This document shows, one piece after another, positions 1 to 11,867 of a stretch of DNA of 64,000 nucleotides; position 1 is the first letter of the stretch; every line of letters starts with the position of its first letter. Under the pieces are notes generated by a model, which saw only the letters and a program-made list of their open reading frames with translations, was not told where the DNA came from and searched no databases. The translations under genes were made by a program, and so were the position numbers. The stretch comes from Octopus sinensis. Lineage: Eukaryota. The stretch is from the NCBI RefSeq assembly GCF_006345805.1, contig NC_043001.1, positions 45,880,001-45,944,000 on the forward strand, given 5' to 3'.

Positions 1-640
1 TTGTCCAACCCCTGTATCTATTCTCATGCAGCTGTTTATCTCTTTATCTTACTAACTATCTACTTAGTCATCTCTGTAACTGTATTTTTCCAGCAGTTTG
101 TTTGTTTCTATCTATTCATCCTCCCACATATGCATATCTGTTTGTGTTCTATCTGATAATGTATATTGTAGTAACTCATTGCATTAAAATAAAATAATTG
201 AAACTATAAAAAGAAAACAACCCAAAACAAAGAAACAAATTAGTAATACAAAGAAAAAGCCTCCTAAAATTAACAAACTCTCACTCAACCTCTACAGACA
301 TATATATCCATCCTATCAAACAAGATAAACAGCTAATATTTAAAAATGTTTGTCCTTTACGTAAAGAAATAAGAAGAACAAAAACAAAAACAAAAACAAA
401 AACATAAAACAGAAGATAACAATCTATTTGTGTTGATTTATCGAGCTTATCATGCTTATCTGCTGGTTCAGTCATTCTTTTTCCTTGTGTCAGTGGATTA
501 AATTACACAAGGAACTCCTCAAAACAAAAACATCTGTGTAATTTCATTACACAGATGATGCAAGAATGATTAATGAGTCTTATATTTTTTCGTTGCTTAT
601 TTCTTAATCTCCATTTTTCTTTTACTTATGGATTCTGTGA

Positions 641-755
641 CATCATCGTCATCATCACCACCACCACCGCCGCCGCCGCCGCCGCCGCCGCCACCCCACC
701 ACCATCACCACCACCACCACCACCACCACCACCATCATCATCATCATTATCATCA
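641..755. repeat. Compound trinucleotide microsatellite (CAT/CAC/CGC)n
   Basis: Directly visible runs; explains ORF 573..794 (poly-T/A/P/S). Confidence 0.95.
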
Positions 756-1262
756 TACTCTGGTAGCTTCTGTATTTTAGCTACAGAACCTTAAAATGGT
801 GACAAGTCTCCTAAATCTCAAGAGTTGAATGGCCACAAGTAAAAACAACTTGGCTTCTCCAGTTATAAATAATTTTTTTCAGTGGTGAGAGTGACAAGGA
901 AGTGACTGTACAATGAGGGCAGAATAAATAGCAAAAGTTGTTTTTGCTCAGAAATACCAGTTTTTATTTCTTGCATGCATCCACTTCTTTTGCTAAGATA
1001 CACGAGTGAAAGACATACTCACATACACATATATATTAAACTTTAGTGAGTCTTCACACCCTTACTGTCAGAGCACGGCTTTGTGGTTAAAAGGCTCATT
1101 TTGCAAGAATGTGGTTTTGGATTTGGTCCCATTATTTTGGCAGTGCTCTTCTACTACGGCTGCAAGCTGACCAGTTCTTTGTGAGTGAGTTTGGTAGGTG
1201 GAGGATGTATGGATGCCTATTGTGCATATATCATCTCATATTATGTCTGTTTTCCTTGCTGG

Positions 1263-1325
1263 CACCCCCCCCCCACACACACACACACTCACTCACTCAC
1301 TCATTCACTCACTCACTCACACACA

Positions 1326-1367
<42 letters not shown>

Positions 1368-1430
1368 ACACACACACTCACACACACACACACACACACA
1401 GACACACACACACACACACACATGCACACA
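1263..1430. repeat. (CA)n/(CACT)n microsatellite
   Basis: Directly visible; explains the HTHT ORFs. Confidence 0.95.
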
Positions 1431-1726
1431 TATTGTTGACAGAGACTTTGAAGCTAGCCAAAACATCAAAGTTATTGTCAACACTATTCTTATATAGGAA
1501 TAATAAATTTGTACTCTACAAAAGCATAGAGTAACCCATCAGGTTAATGTAAAATTGCTTTTATTATAACTAAACATAAAAGCAAACATTAATATATATA
1601 TATATATATATATATAAACATTTAAATAATGAGGGAGATAAATTGAATATTAATTTAATTAATATCAATTTAAAACCAGTAGCCTAGCATACAAAAATCT
1701 GAAGAATCAGAGAATATATATATATA

Positions 1727-2356
1727 TAAAATGAGATAGGGGTTGATGGTACTATGGTGGTGGTATTAACTTTATTGGCTTTTTGTGAAGTGACACATTT
1801 TAATATATTGAACTGTTTAATATATATGCCTGCATTGAGTGTGAGTGTGTCTGTTGTGGTTTCTTGATGTTGGCTGAGGAGCTGTGGCATTCAATATGGA
1901 ACATTATTGTGTTTATTGATGTATATTGATTTATATTGTTTATATTGTATTATTGTGTATTTGTATATATATGTAGGAATATGAGTATGTATGCACTCAT
2001 ATTTATATTTATATGTAAATTATTTTAGGGTTTGTACTCATACTTGCATTAGAATCTCCGAAGAGGCCGTAAAATATCCTTGTTAATGTCTCATTTATAC
2101 CTGCATTATATGGCTAATAGGTTAAATGAGACATACCTATCTTCATGGCCGAAACAGCTGTCAGTTATAATGTAAATGTATTTTTATATCTTGTTATATT
2201 TATTTAGTTATATCTCACCATATTGATTGTAATTATTGTACTGTATCTATGTCTAATCTCTTTGCTATTGTGTAGTGTTTTAATAAAGTATATGATTCGG
2301 TATTATCTGATAGTTGATGATTAATTTAGATATATTTCTCCATTTTCTCATTTTGT
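1727..2356 (+). mobile_element. Non-coding HHR-bearing repeat, probable Penelope-like pseudo-LTR or retrozyme remnant
   Basis: Bounded by (TA)n runs on both sides and carries an HHR at 2045-2174. No RT or EN ORF seen. Boundaries approximate. Confidence 0.5.
2045..2174 (+). ncRNA. Type I hammerhead ribozyme, U4C variant, long stem II
   Basis: Stem I tgcattagaatct/agttataatgta (imperfect); core CCGAAGA 2058-2064; stem II GGCC 2065-68/GGCC 2147-50 enclosing a further hairpin (atgtctcattta/taaatgagacat); GAAAC-AGCT-GTC with palindromic stem III and a GUC site at 2162. Confidence 0.75.
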
Positions 2357-2377
2357 ATATATATATATATATATATA

Positions 2378-2591
2378 CTCTTTTACTTGTTTCAGTCATT
2401 TGACTGCAGCCATGCTGGAGCACCACCTTTAGTTGAGTAAATCGACCCCAGGACTTATTCTTTGGAAGCCTAGTACTTCTTCTATCAGTCTCTTTAGCCG
2501 AACCGCTAAGTTACTGGGATGTAAACACACCAGCATCAGTTGTCAAGCGATGTTAGGGGACAAAGACAGACACACAAACATATACACACAC

Positions 2592-2623
<32 letters not shown>

Positions 2624-2760
2624 TCGATGGGCTTCTTTCAGTTTCCGTCTACCAAATCCACTCACAAGGCTTTGGTCGGCCCAAGGCTATAGAAGAAGAC
2701 ACTTGCCCAAGGTGCCATGCAGTGGGACTGAACCCAGAACCATGTGGTTGGTAAGCAAGC
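2378..2760 (-). mobile_element. tRNA-derived SINE (family B)
   Basis: Homologous to 14256-14612, 15130-15480, 21455-21840 and 61610-61950; head has the B-box-like ggttcagtccc. Confidence 0.85.
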
Positions 2761-2869
2761 TAATATATATATATATATTATATATATATATATTATGTGA
2801 AATAGAAAGATGAATAATCTTGTAGTAGATTAATCAAAAGTTTAACCGATACCTTAGTAGCAAAAATCA

Positions 2870-3193
2870 CAGCAGTAAACAGCACGGTTGGAGGTACAAC
2901 CATCTGGCGTTGCAACCGTGCGTTGGTGCGGATAATTGAAATTAAAACATTATTGGTGAATTGAAGACTCAGTAAGCTAATATGGCGACTGAAGGATGCG
3001 AACTTAAGCTATAGGCTGGAATGGTCAATTCTGTCGGTGGCCCTCCCATTTGATAGGGGCAGAAGACAGTGCAACCTTTGTGTCTCCGAACTCTTCCATA
3101 TTTTGTTTGCCAGAGGCCGATGGTAAACGGGCTCTTACAGTCGGCTTTTCGATGCCCCCATTGGCGGCGTAACACTTATCTGGCCTTTAAATA
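2870..3193 (+). pseudogene. Disrupted GIY-YIG endonuclease C-terminal fragment of a PLE
   Basis: WRYNH, LSKLIW, LEWSIL, CNLC and CPH motifs spread over different frames, with stops and frameshifts. Confidence 0.75.
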
Positions 3194-3780
3194 GCGTTTA
3201 TAAATAATACGGCACCCATAGCCCTTGGTAACAAATTCTGAAATAGCCTTTAAGATATCTACGATTAACCACTGCAAGGGGAATTACTCCTGTAGACAAA
3301 CGGGGCTTGGTTTTTTCACAGCAGGAGTTTCCTTGACAAGGCAGGCTTAGATGAACACACACACACATAAAACATAATATATATATATTTTATTTTTTCT
3401 TTCTGCCACCCAACGGTTATCACGGCAGTAGCCACTGACAGCCGAACGATCAAACGCACACACGTACACAAAAAATGTTTTCTACCCCTACGCCAACACA
3501 CACATATATAGAACAGTATACACACACACACGTCTCTAAGTAGATTTTTTCTCGCCCCTTATAAAACATCCAATATTCCTTAATAGTCAGAACTTTTTCT
3601 CGGTCACAAAGAACATCTATACACCCTCACCCACATGATTGACCGATGCCTGACCCGTTGAATTCTTCAGCCACCGTTCTCAACATACACTGATAAACAG
3701 TTTCGCCATGGGCTCTTAGGAGCACAGTTCGATTTGTTTTTTGCTCCGCCTCTGTTCTGTTTTTCCAACGGATTTCCTTT

Positions 3781-3869
3781 TTTCTTCCTGAAGAGAAAGA
3801 CACAATATGGTCCCATTATTCAATCGGATTTTGGTAATTTGTGCCTTTCGAAACACGTGTAGAATGAAA
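3781..3869 (+). ncRNA. Type I hammerhead ribozyme with intact core
   Basis: Stem I tttcttc/gaa(t)gaaa; CTGAAGA 3788-3794; stem II GAAAG-A-CACAA...TTGTG-C-CTTTC; GAAAC-ACGT-GTA with palindromic stem III; predicted cleavage after A3861. Confidence 0.88.
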
Positions 3870-3925
3870 TAAAACGATTTCTGTTCAATCTGCGTTCAGC
3901 TCCATTTCTTCAATTCACCAATAAT

Positions 3926-3968
<43 letters not shown>

Positions 3969-3969
3969 T

Positions 3970-4143
3970 ATATCAATTTAAATACACAACCAAAAGAGCT
4001 ACTAATAGTTTCATGATTTTATGATGCCTGATATTTATAAAACATGCCATGTATCTTAAACCAATCTTTCTTATATGCTGGTTCCAGTATCATAAAAGCA
4101 TGAAACTATTAGTAGCTCTTTCAGTTGTGTACTTAATTGATAT
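3970..4143. mobile_element. Fold-back/MITE-like element with ~55-bp inverted arms
   Basis: 3970-4025 is the reverse complement of 4089-4143 with about 5 differences (core aaagagctactaatagtttcatg / catgaaactattagtagctcttt). Confidence 0.7.
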
Positions 4144-4534
4144 TCATCTCTCACTAGATGGAGTACTTTCTTTATTGATTCTACATCTATATATATATAT
4201 AAACTTGGATCCCGTTTAACAGCAACAACCTACCTCAGGCTATCTTTGTGTACATGCTATACACTCACACACACACACACTCATGAATATGTGTGTTTAT
4301 GTGTTTATATATAAATATACATGTGTATGTGTGCGATTATCAATACAGCCCTCCCCTCCGTATGCACATATAGAAGCGTATGCATATATTGTAAGCATTA
4401 ACAGATTTGTATGTCTAGATCTGAATATATTTCCTCAAAGTACAGTATGTTTGCTCACGCATATACATACATAAACACAACACAGATGTATACACCATAT
4501 TTATTTGTAATGTAGCTGCGATTATAGAAATGAT

Positions 4535-4790
4535 TATATGTTTGTATATATATGTATATATATATATGTATATATATGTATGTATATATATATATATATG
4601 TATGTATATATATATATAATATATATATATATGTATATGTATATATATGTATATATGTATATATGTATGTATATATGTATGTATATGTATGTATATATAT
4701 ATGTATATATGTATGTATATATGTATATATATGTATATATGTATGTATGTGTATAAATGTATGTATATATGTATATATATGTATATATAT
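4535..4790. repeat. (TA)n/(TATG)n compound microsatellite
   Basis: Directly visible; explains the YIYI ORFs. Confidence 0.95.
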
Positions 4791-5550
4791 CGCATACAGA
4801 CATAGGCATGTAAAGCATATTAGTTAGTCTATTAAAATTTTCTTTAATGTGCCATTGTTTAGTATTGATAAGATAAGGCTATTTCAACATTACATGAGAT
4901 AAAACTAAATGATTAACAAATATTTGCTTCCATACAATAGCTTTTGATCTTCACTTCTAAGTATTATTATTATTTTTTTCTGCTTTCTATTACGTACTTA
5001 CATACTGTAAATGAGAAAAAATGAACACTGAAAAGTCTATAAAATGAAGGAGAACCTGTATAAACTTTAAACAAATATTAATTTTTAAAAAAGGTCATAG
5101 CTTGTGTGCTTTTTCTCTCATTTCTGTGTTGCCGATAATTTGCTGTTTTAAGTAGATCATAATGGGTGAATTCAGACATGGGGAATCTAGAAGTCCATCA
5201 GTTCATATGTGATATGCAAGTATGTCTGTACATGAAGATATTGCTCTCAGTAGCTTCCTGAGTCTGGGAAAGATGGTTCTGCAATCTCTTGCTGAACAAT
5301 CTGCCCAGATTATTTGTTTACCTCGATCAAATGTTTGTGCAGTACATGAGCTATCTCTCTCTCTCCTAACTGACATTGCTTGTACAGATGCATGAGCGGC
5401 CACATATTTGATATCGAAGTGATTGTAGGACAACAAGATGAAATCTTTTGCTCAAGAACACAACACACTGCCTGGTCCATGAATTGAAACCATGATTTTG
5501 CGATCATGTGGATGTACACATGTTACAAGTATACATGTATGTTTAAAGTA

Positions 5551-5752
5551 TGGCCGTTTGCCAGCCTCGTCTGGCACGTAAAAAGCACCCACTACACTCA
5601 CGGAGTGGTTGGCGTTAGGAAGGGCATCCAGCCGTAGAAACATTGCCAGATCAGACTGGGCCTGGTGCAGCCTTCTGGCCTCCCAGACCCCAGTTGAACA
5701 GTCCAACCCATGCTAGCATGGAAAGCGGACGCTAAATGATGATGATGATGAT
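5551..5752 (+). mobile_element. RTE-type 3' tail repeat ending in (GAT)n
   Basis: Near-identical to the 3' end of the RTE at 9600-10830 and to 13705-14054, 20545-20702 and 49335-49590. Confidence 0.85.
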
Positions 5753-6549
5753 ATATATATATATATATATATATATACCACTAGCAGTTACTTTTTAAAT
5801 AAGCCACTGTAATTAACACATAAATCAATTATATATATAATAGATATATTACAGAGGTATTGTAAGATGATAAATGGGATTTAGAGAAAGGCAGACACAA
5901 AAATATCTGAGAGGGAGGAAGTGAGGGTGTTGGAAGAAAAAAGGTCTCTTTGCTATCTTTTGATGATTCTAAAAAAAGCCAAAGATATATGTACAGAAAG
6001 TTGAAAGTAGAAAGAGAAATGTAAATAGAATAAAAAAATTAATTTGAGAAGAAACATACGAGGGAGTAAGAGACAGCTAGGTAAAGAAATAAATTAGAGA
6101 TAAAAAAGAGTTAAGAACATACACACTCGCTCATATCCTCCAGGGGAAGAAAGAGAGAAAGGAAAGATTAGATAAACAAAAACCCAGTAGGGGCAAGATG
6201 GATGGTGGTAGAAGAATTTTCCAGATAATATTTTTAGCAGGGAATCAAAAACAAAAAACAAAACTGTAAGATGTGGGATAAATAAGGAGCTATGAAGTAA
6301 GAATATGTAAAAAATATAGATAAAAATAAAGCAGGGTACAATAAATATATTTTTTAATTGAAACGGAAGGAAAATAAATGAGCTATGGAAAAGTAGAGAT
6401 AAAATTAGTGGATCTTAACCCAACACACACAAACTTTTTTTTTTTGCACTGACAAAAGAAGTCATTTTCATTTCCAATTTAATGAAAAAGAGGAATGTAA
6501 ATATCCAGAACGGTAAGTACTTCTGCAGAGAAACCATCTTGACTTCCTG

Positions 6550-7800
6550 TTGGCTTTACTTCCAATGCTACAATATTCAATAAAGTGCCCCTCTCCATCC
6601 CACCAAGATAACTAGCTTATAAATGTATTTGCCAAGTATGAAAGCACACTTGCTTCAAACCAATAAGGTCACTCATCTTCACAAATGTTCCCTCCATTAC
6701 TACCAAACTGGCACTCTAGGGCTACCCATTATCTTTCACAGAGTCTTAAATTTTCTTTCTGCAAGAATCTATCCAAATCTTAGCTAATTTCTATATTCCT
6801 AAAAGAGGATCTTTTCTTTGTCATTTTCCTATGAGAAGTTTGGTGAAAGCATTATCATTTCACTTGACATAGACAAAGCTTTGATCACATCTAGCCTACA
6901 AAACCTAAATTGCCTGCCTATAGACTTCATTCATCTTTTATTTCTTTGACTGGAAGTTTTCTGTCAAATTGCAATGTGAACTAAAAAGTTATTGTGCCAG
7001 AAGGCTTAGTCATTCTTCTTGTTTCCTGCCACTTCTAACAATACTCATTCCTTTTCAAATGATGCCATTTTTCACCCCACTCCCTAACCTTCTACATACA
7101 GGCACCCTCCACATGCAATTTAGACATTCATCCTTCAAAAATATACTTCAGTGAAGAGATGATAAGCTGGATTCTTTCAACAACACAAAGACACAATCAC
7201 TGCTCTTGTCAAAAAAAAAAAGTCTTACACCTCAACCTCATTGCTATGAAGAACACAAAATAAAAATTCTCAGTCACTACAAATATTTAGACCTCAAACT
7301 CTCAGAGAATTTATCTTACCAATCCCTCAAAACTGCATTCCAAAAATAAGAATTTTGCTTCAAGAACACAAAATACTTCAACCTTGATCAGTCACTGATC
7401 CTCTACAAAACATCAAAGTAAGAAACTGCTCCTATATCTGTGATGGTGCTATTCATATTATCCAGACATCCTAAATTATATTCAAAGGAAAGTTATATAA
7501 GTGATTGTCAAAATCTCACTCATCAACACACAACAACCCTTGGCCTTCAGATATGCAGCTTTCTCTCTCTCTCTACCACTATTGCTCTCAGAACTAGCTA
7601 GTTGCATAACCACCTTCAACCAAGTCCATCAAACACACTGTCCCTTTAACCTTCATTGCCTCAACTGTATTTCATCATCTCTCATGCCTTGCTTGAATCA
7701 CATTTTCCAATCCTTTTTCTCCAGAGTGTCAATCCTCTAGAATTCCCTTTCTGCAGACATTGACTTATATATATTTAAGTTGAAGATAAAACATACTGAT
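6550..7800 (+). mobile_element. Highly decayed CR1/Jockey-group LINE RT fragment
   Basis: EKFGESIIISLDIDKA(F)DHI near 6833-6890 resembles the RT LDxxKAFD motif; C-terminal QPLAFRYAAFSL and QSFFSRVSIL*NSL near 7530-7750. Many stops and frameshifts; boundaries approximate. Confidence 0.6.
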
Positions 7801-7979
7801 AACACCAACTGATTAAGCCATTAAATATTACAAAAAAAAACAAAAAAACTTCGTGTGAATAGTTACTATATTGAATTCACAAAGGATTCCATTGCACCAA
7901 GCTTGTATATAGTAGTAGCAGCTGAAAAAAATCATTACTCTAAGGAACAGTACTGTAAAATTAATGCATCTTTTAGACA

Positions 7980-8200
7980 AAATGCAATCTGACTTGTGCC
8001 AGGAAAGGGTACCACTGATGTCATCTTCCTAGTGAAATAATAAGAGAAGTACATAGCTAAAAGTAAGCTCTTATACCTATCATTCATCAATCTGGAGAAA
8101 GCCTTTGACAGTGAGTCTTGCTTTATGATCTGGTGGCCACTAAGGTATGAGAAGTAGATGAGTGACTTGTGAAAGCCTTACAAGCCGTATGCAGAGGTGT
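7980..8200 (+). mobile_element. Decayed RTE LINE RT fragment
   Basis: VPGKGTTDVIFLVK..EKYIAKSKLLYLSFINLEKAFDS...IWWPLR. Confidence 0.75.
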
Positions 8201-8361
8201 GGTAAGTAGCTTGGGCAAGTGTCTTCTACTATAGCCTTGGGCTGACCAAAGCTTGGTGAGTGGATTTGGTAGATGGAAACTGAAAGAAGCTCATTATATA
8301 TATATATATATATATATACCTCATCTCCCGAAATTGCTGGCCTTGTGCCAAAATTTGAAGC

Positions 8362-8411
<50 letters not shown>

Positions 8412-8422
8412 TTATTATTGTC

Positions 8423-9250
8423 TAAGGTGGCAAGTTGGCAGAATTGTTAGTATGCTGGATGAAATGCTTAGTGGTATTTCGGCTGTTGTCTTATTCAGAG
8501 TTCAAATTCTGCCGAGGTTGTCTGCCTTTCATCCTTTTGAGGTCAATAGAATAAGGACCAGTGAAACACTGGGGTCGATGTAATTGACCAGTCCCCTCCC
8601 ACCAAATTTCAGGCCTTGTGCCTTTAGTAGAAAGGATTATTATTATAGTAAACAAAGCCTTTTGAAAGCTGTGAGCTTGTAGAATTATTAGCAGCATTTT
8701 GTTCATCATTTTGTTTTAAGTTTCAATTCTGCTGCAGTTGACTTTGCCTTTCATCCCTTCAGGGTCAATGAAATAATTACCAGTTGAGCACTGGGGGTGA
8801 TATAATTGACTAGCCCACTCACCACAAATTTCAGGCCTTGTACCTATAGTAGAAAGGATTATAATAATAAGGTGATGAGTGGGCAGAATTGTTGTATAAA
8901 ATGCTCAGCAGCATTTTATCTGCCTTTACATTCTGAGTTCTAAATCTACCAAGGTCGGCCTAGCCTTTTGTCCATTCCAGAATGATAAAATAAAGACCAG
9001 TTGAACACTGGGGTTGATTTAATCAACTATACCCCTCTCACTAAATTTCAAGCCTTGTGTCCCTAGAATAAAGGATTAGTATTATTGTTACTATGAAGAT
9101 AGCACTGGTTTGACAGAATTAGTAGAGTGCCAGATTGAATGATTTGTGCTCTCTAGTTACAATTCTTTAGTTTTAAAATCTTGTTGAGCTGAACTTTGCT
9201 TTCATCCTACCCACCCATGAGACTCTATAAACTACGCATCAGTCAGTCTT
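8423..9250 (+). mobile_element. Head-to-tail cluster of about four degraded tRNA-derived SINEs (family A)
   Basis: Repeated ggtggcaag(c)tggcagaa...gagttcaaattc...gactttgcctttcatcc...ggccttgtgcct units. Confidence 0.8.
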
Positions 9251-9599
9251 GTATGGGAGTTGAGTTAATTACTCACCACCCACAATGTGGTTGTGTTCCT
9301 CTGTGAGTGATGAAAATGTTTTTAGCTTGACAGAAGTCCCATTTCTTAAACAAAAATAGGTTTTTTATAGTATGTCAGGTTTTCGTAAACAGAAATAAGA
9401 TGCAAATGCATTAATCATACACAGTGAATTCAGACACCATGTTATGTCCTGACATGAGAAATTAAATGAATTTGTGGTGCTACATAACAAAGGTTGGGGA
9501 GTTTGTATAACAGCCAGGTGTAAACATGAGAATAAATTCTACCTGGTGAACTGTATTTATTCATATTGTTGTATTTTGGAATGGTCATTTTGCCAGTTT

Positions 9600-10830
9600 C
9601 ATCATCATCATCATCATCATCATCGTTTAGCGTCCGCTTTCCATGCTAGCATGGGTTGGACGGTTCAACTGGGGTCTGGGAAGCCAGAAGGCTGCACCAG
9701 GCCCAGTTTGATCTGGCAATGTTTCTACGGCTGGATGCCCTTCCTAACGCCAACCACTCCATGAGTGTAGTGGGTGCTTTTTACGTGCCACCGGCACAGG
9801 TACCAGATGAGTCTGGCAAACGGCCACGATCGGATGATGCTTTTTATGTGCCACTGGCATGGGGGCGAGGCGAGGCTGGCAACGGCCACAAACGGATGGT
9901 GCTTTTTACGTGCCACCGGCACGGGGGCCAGGCGAGGCTGGCAACGGCCACGAACAGATGGTGCTTTTTACGTGCCACCGGCACGAGGCCAGTCGAGGCG
10001 GCGCTGGCAACGGCCACATTCGGATGGTTCTCCTACGTGCCACCGGCACTGGTAACTCAGCTGCAATTTCCATTGATCGATTTCGATTCTGATTCTCACT
10101 TGCCTCAACAGGTCTTCACAAGTAGAGTTTTGTGTCCCAAGAAGGGAAGGTATGCATAAATGGGCTGGCTACATCCCATGTAGAAGGCCACGGGTTATGG
10201 TCTCACTTGTCCTGCCAGGTCTTCTCACACACAGCATACTTCCAGAGGTCTCGGTCTCTCGTCATTTCGTCAGTGAGACCTAAAGTTCGAAGGTCGTGCT
10301 TCACCACCTCGTCCTAGGTTTTCCTGGGTCTGCCTCTTCAACAGGTTCCCTCAACCGCTAGGGTGTGGCACTTTTTCACACAACTATCTTCATCCATTCT
10401 CGCCACATGTCCATACCAGCGCAAACGTCTCTCTTGCACACCACATCTGATGCTTCTTAGGTCTAGCTTTTCTCTCAAGGTACTTACACTCTGTCAAGTA
10501 TGAATACTGACATTACACATCCATCGGAGCATACTGGATTCATTTCTTGCGAGCTTACGCATATCCTCAGCAGTCACGGCCCATGTTTCACTGCCATGTA
10601 GCATGGCTGTTCGTACACACGCGTCATACAGTCTGCCTTTTACTCTGAGCGAGAGGCCTTTTGTCACCAGCAGAGGTAAGAGCTCTCTGAACTTTGTCCA
10701 AGCTATTCTTACTCTAGCAGTTACACTTTCAGCACACCTGCCCCCGCTGCTGACTTGGTCACCTAGGTAACGGAAGCTATCAACTATTTCTAGTTTTTCT
10801 CCCTGTTTAGCCAATAAAAACACACGCACT
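9600..10830 (-). mobile_element. 5'-truncated RTE LINE (RT C-terminus, 3' UTR with ~40-bp internal repeats, (GAT)n tail)
   Basis: ORF 10494..10829 LEIVDSFRYLGDQVSSGG...LLPLLVTKGLSLRVKGRLYDACVRTAMLHGSETWA is typical RTE; repeated ggatggtgctttttacgtgccaccggcac units; (CAT)n at 9600-9622. Confidence 0.9.
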
Positions 10831-10893
10831 ATATATTTGGTGTTACTTTGCTTCAGTGTTATTTATTTATTACATTAATCTTAATCTTATTTC

Positions 10894-10937
10894 GACCAGA
10901 GTTCTTTCATCACATTCCTGTGACCGCATCAGTGGTC
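10894..10937 (-). ncRNA. Degenerate minimal type I hammerhead in the PLE 3' region
   Basis: Minus strand GACCA-CTGATGC-G-GTCAC aggaat GTGAT-GAAA-G aa C-TC-TGGTC: stem I GACCA/TGGTC, A9C change, 1-bp stem III extension. Confidence 0.55.
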
Positions 10938-11867
10938 CTTTGCTTTCTTCTTTCTTATTTGTGTGTCTCTCCTTACTAACCGTCAGCCATTTTGTATTTC
11001 TATTGTATGTGTCTTCATTTGTGCATGTGTATATCTCTATGTGCATCTATGTTTAGTTAGTGTGTGTGTGTGGGGGGGTAATGCCTGTAATATTTGTATC
11101 TTCTGTTTATATACGTTTGTGTAATTTGTTTTTGAACAAAGAAAGCAGAGATAGACAAAGAGGGGAATAGAGCGAAAGATAGAGGGAGAAATCGGAAAGG
11201 AAAAGTTCAATGATTCGAAAGTCTAATATTTAGTTGTGTTCAAAGTTCATTAAGTTCATTGTGAGGTAGTTGAAGAATAGAGGATGGTTGAATCCGAAGT
11301 CTCGTAGTTAGTTATTAGCATGACTTCCATGTGTCTGCCTGTTTAGCTAGTTGACCGGCGGTGTAATCTGAGGGAGTTATCCCTAATTATGGATATCCGG
11401 TGTGGTTAATAGGAGTTAAGTGTCACTAACTTATAGGTTGTGGGTAGTTCATATATTTGCAGAGGAAGCCGAAAATGAGGGTAAAATTTTTATCTAGCAT
11501 GAGTGCGATTAAGCGTGTAAATATAAAGTATCGGAATAATATTTATGCTAATAACAATGAAAAGGTAACGAAAAAGATAGAAGAGGAAATTAACATGTAA
11601 AAGAGTTGGTAGTTCTTGACAGGAAAGAATTATAGGGAGAAGGTAGGCTAGCGTAGAAAGTAGTTTATGTGTATTAATTATTTATTGATAATGTGGGTTG
11701 GGGTAGGCTAGCGTAAGATATGTATATTTTTATTTATTTATTATGTGGGTTGGATATGTGTAAGCTAGTTAGGTTAGGGAAGGTTAAGGGGAGGTAAAAG
11801 GCTGAAAATTAGGTCTGCTAATAACATTTAAGCTAGGAGATAGTGGTGTTTATAGGGATGAGTGGGT

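Larger units (their letters stand above)
2794..3927 (+). mobile_element. Penelope-like element 3' remnant (GIY-YIG C-terminus, 3' UTR, HHR)
   Basis: + strand translation RLSKLIWRLKDANLSYRLEWSILSVALPFDRGRRQCNLCVSELFHILF, then after a frameshift MVNGLLQSAFRCPHWRR. This parallels the EN end of the copy at 11868. HHR at 3781; flanked by (TA)n on both sides. Confidence 0.8.

Noticed and set aside
472-569. H/ACA snoRNA or pre-miRNA call
   Set aside because: Hairpins are too short, with no pseudouridylation pockets and no terminal ACA. Kept only as an unexplained structure.
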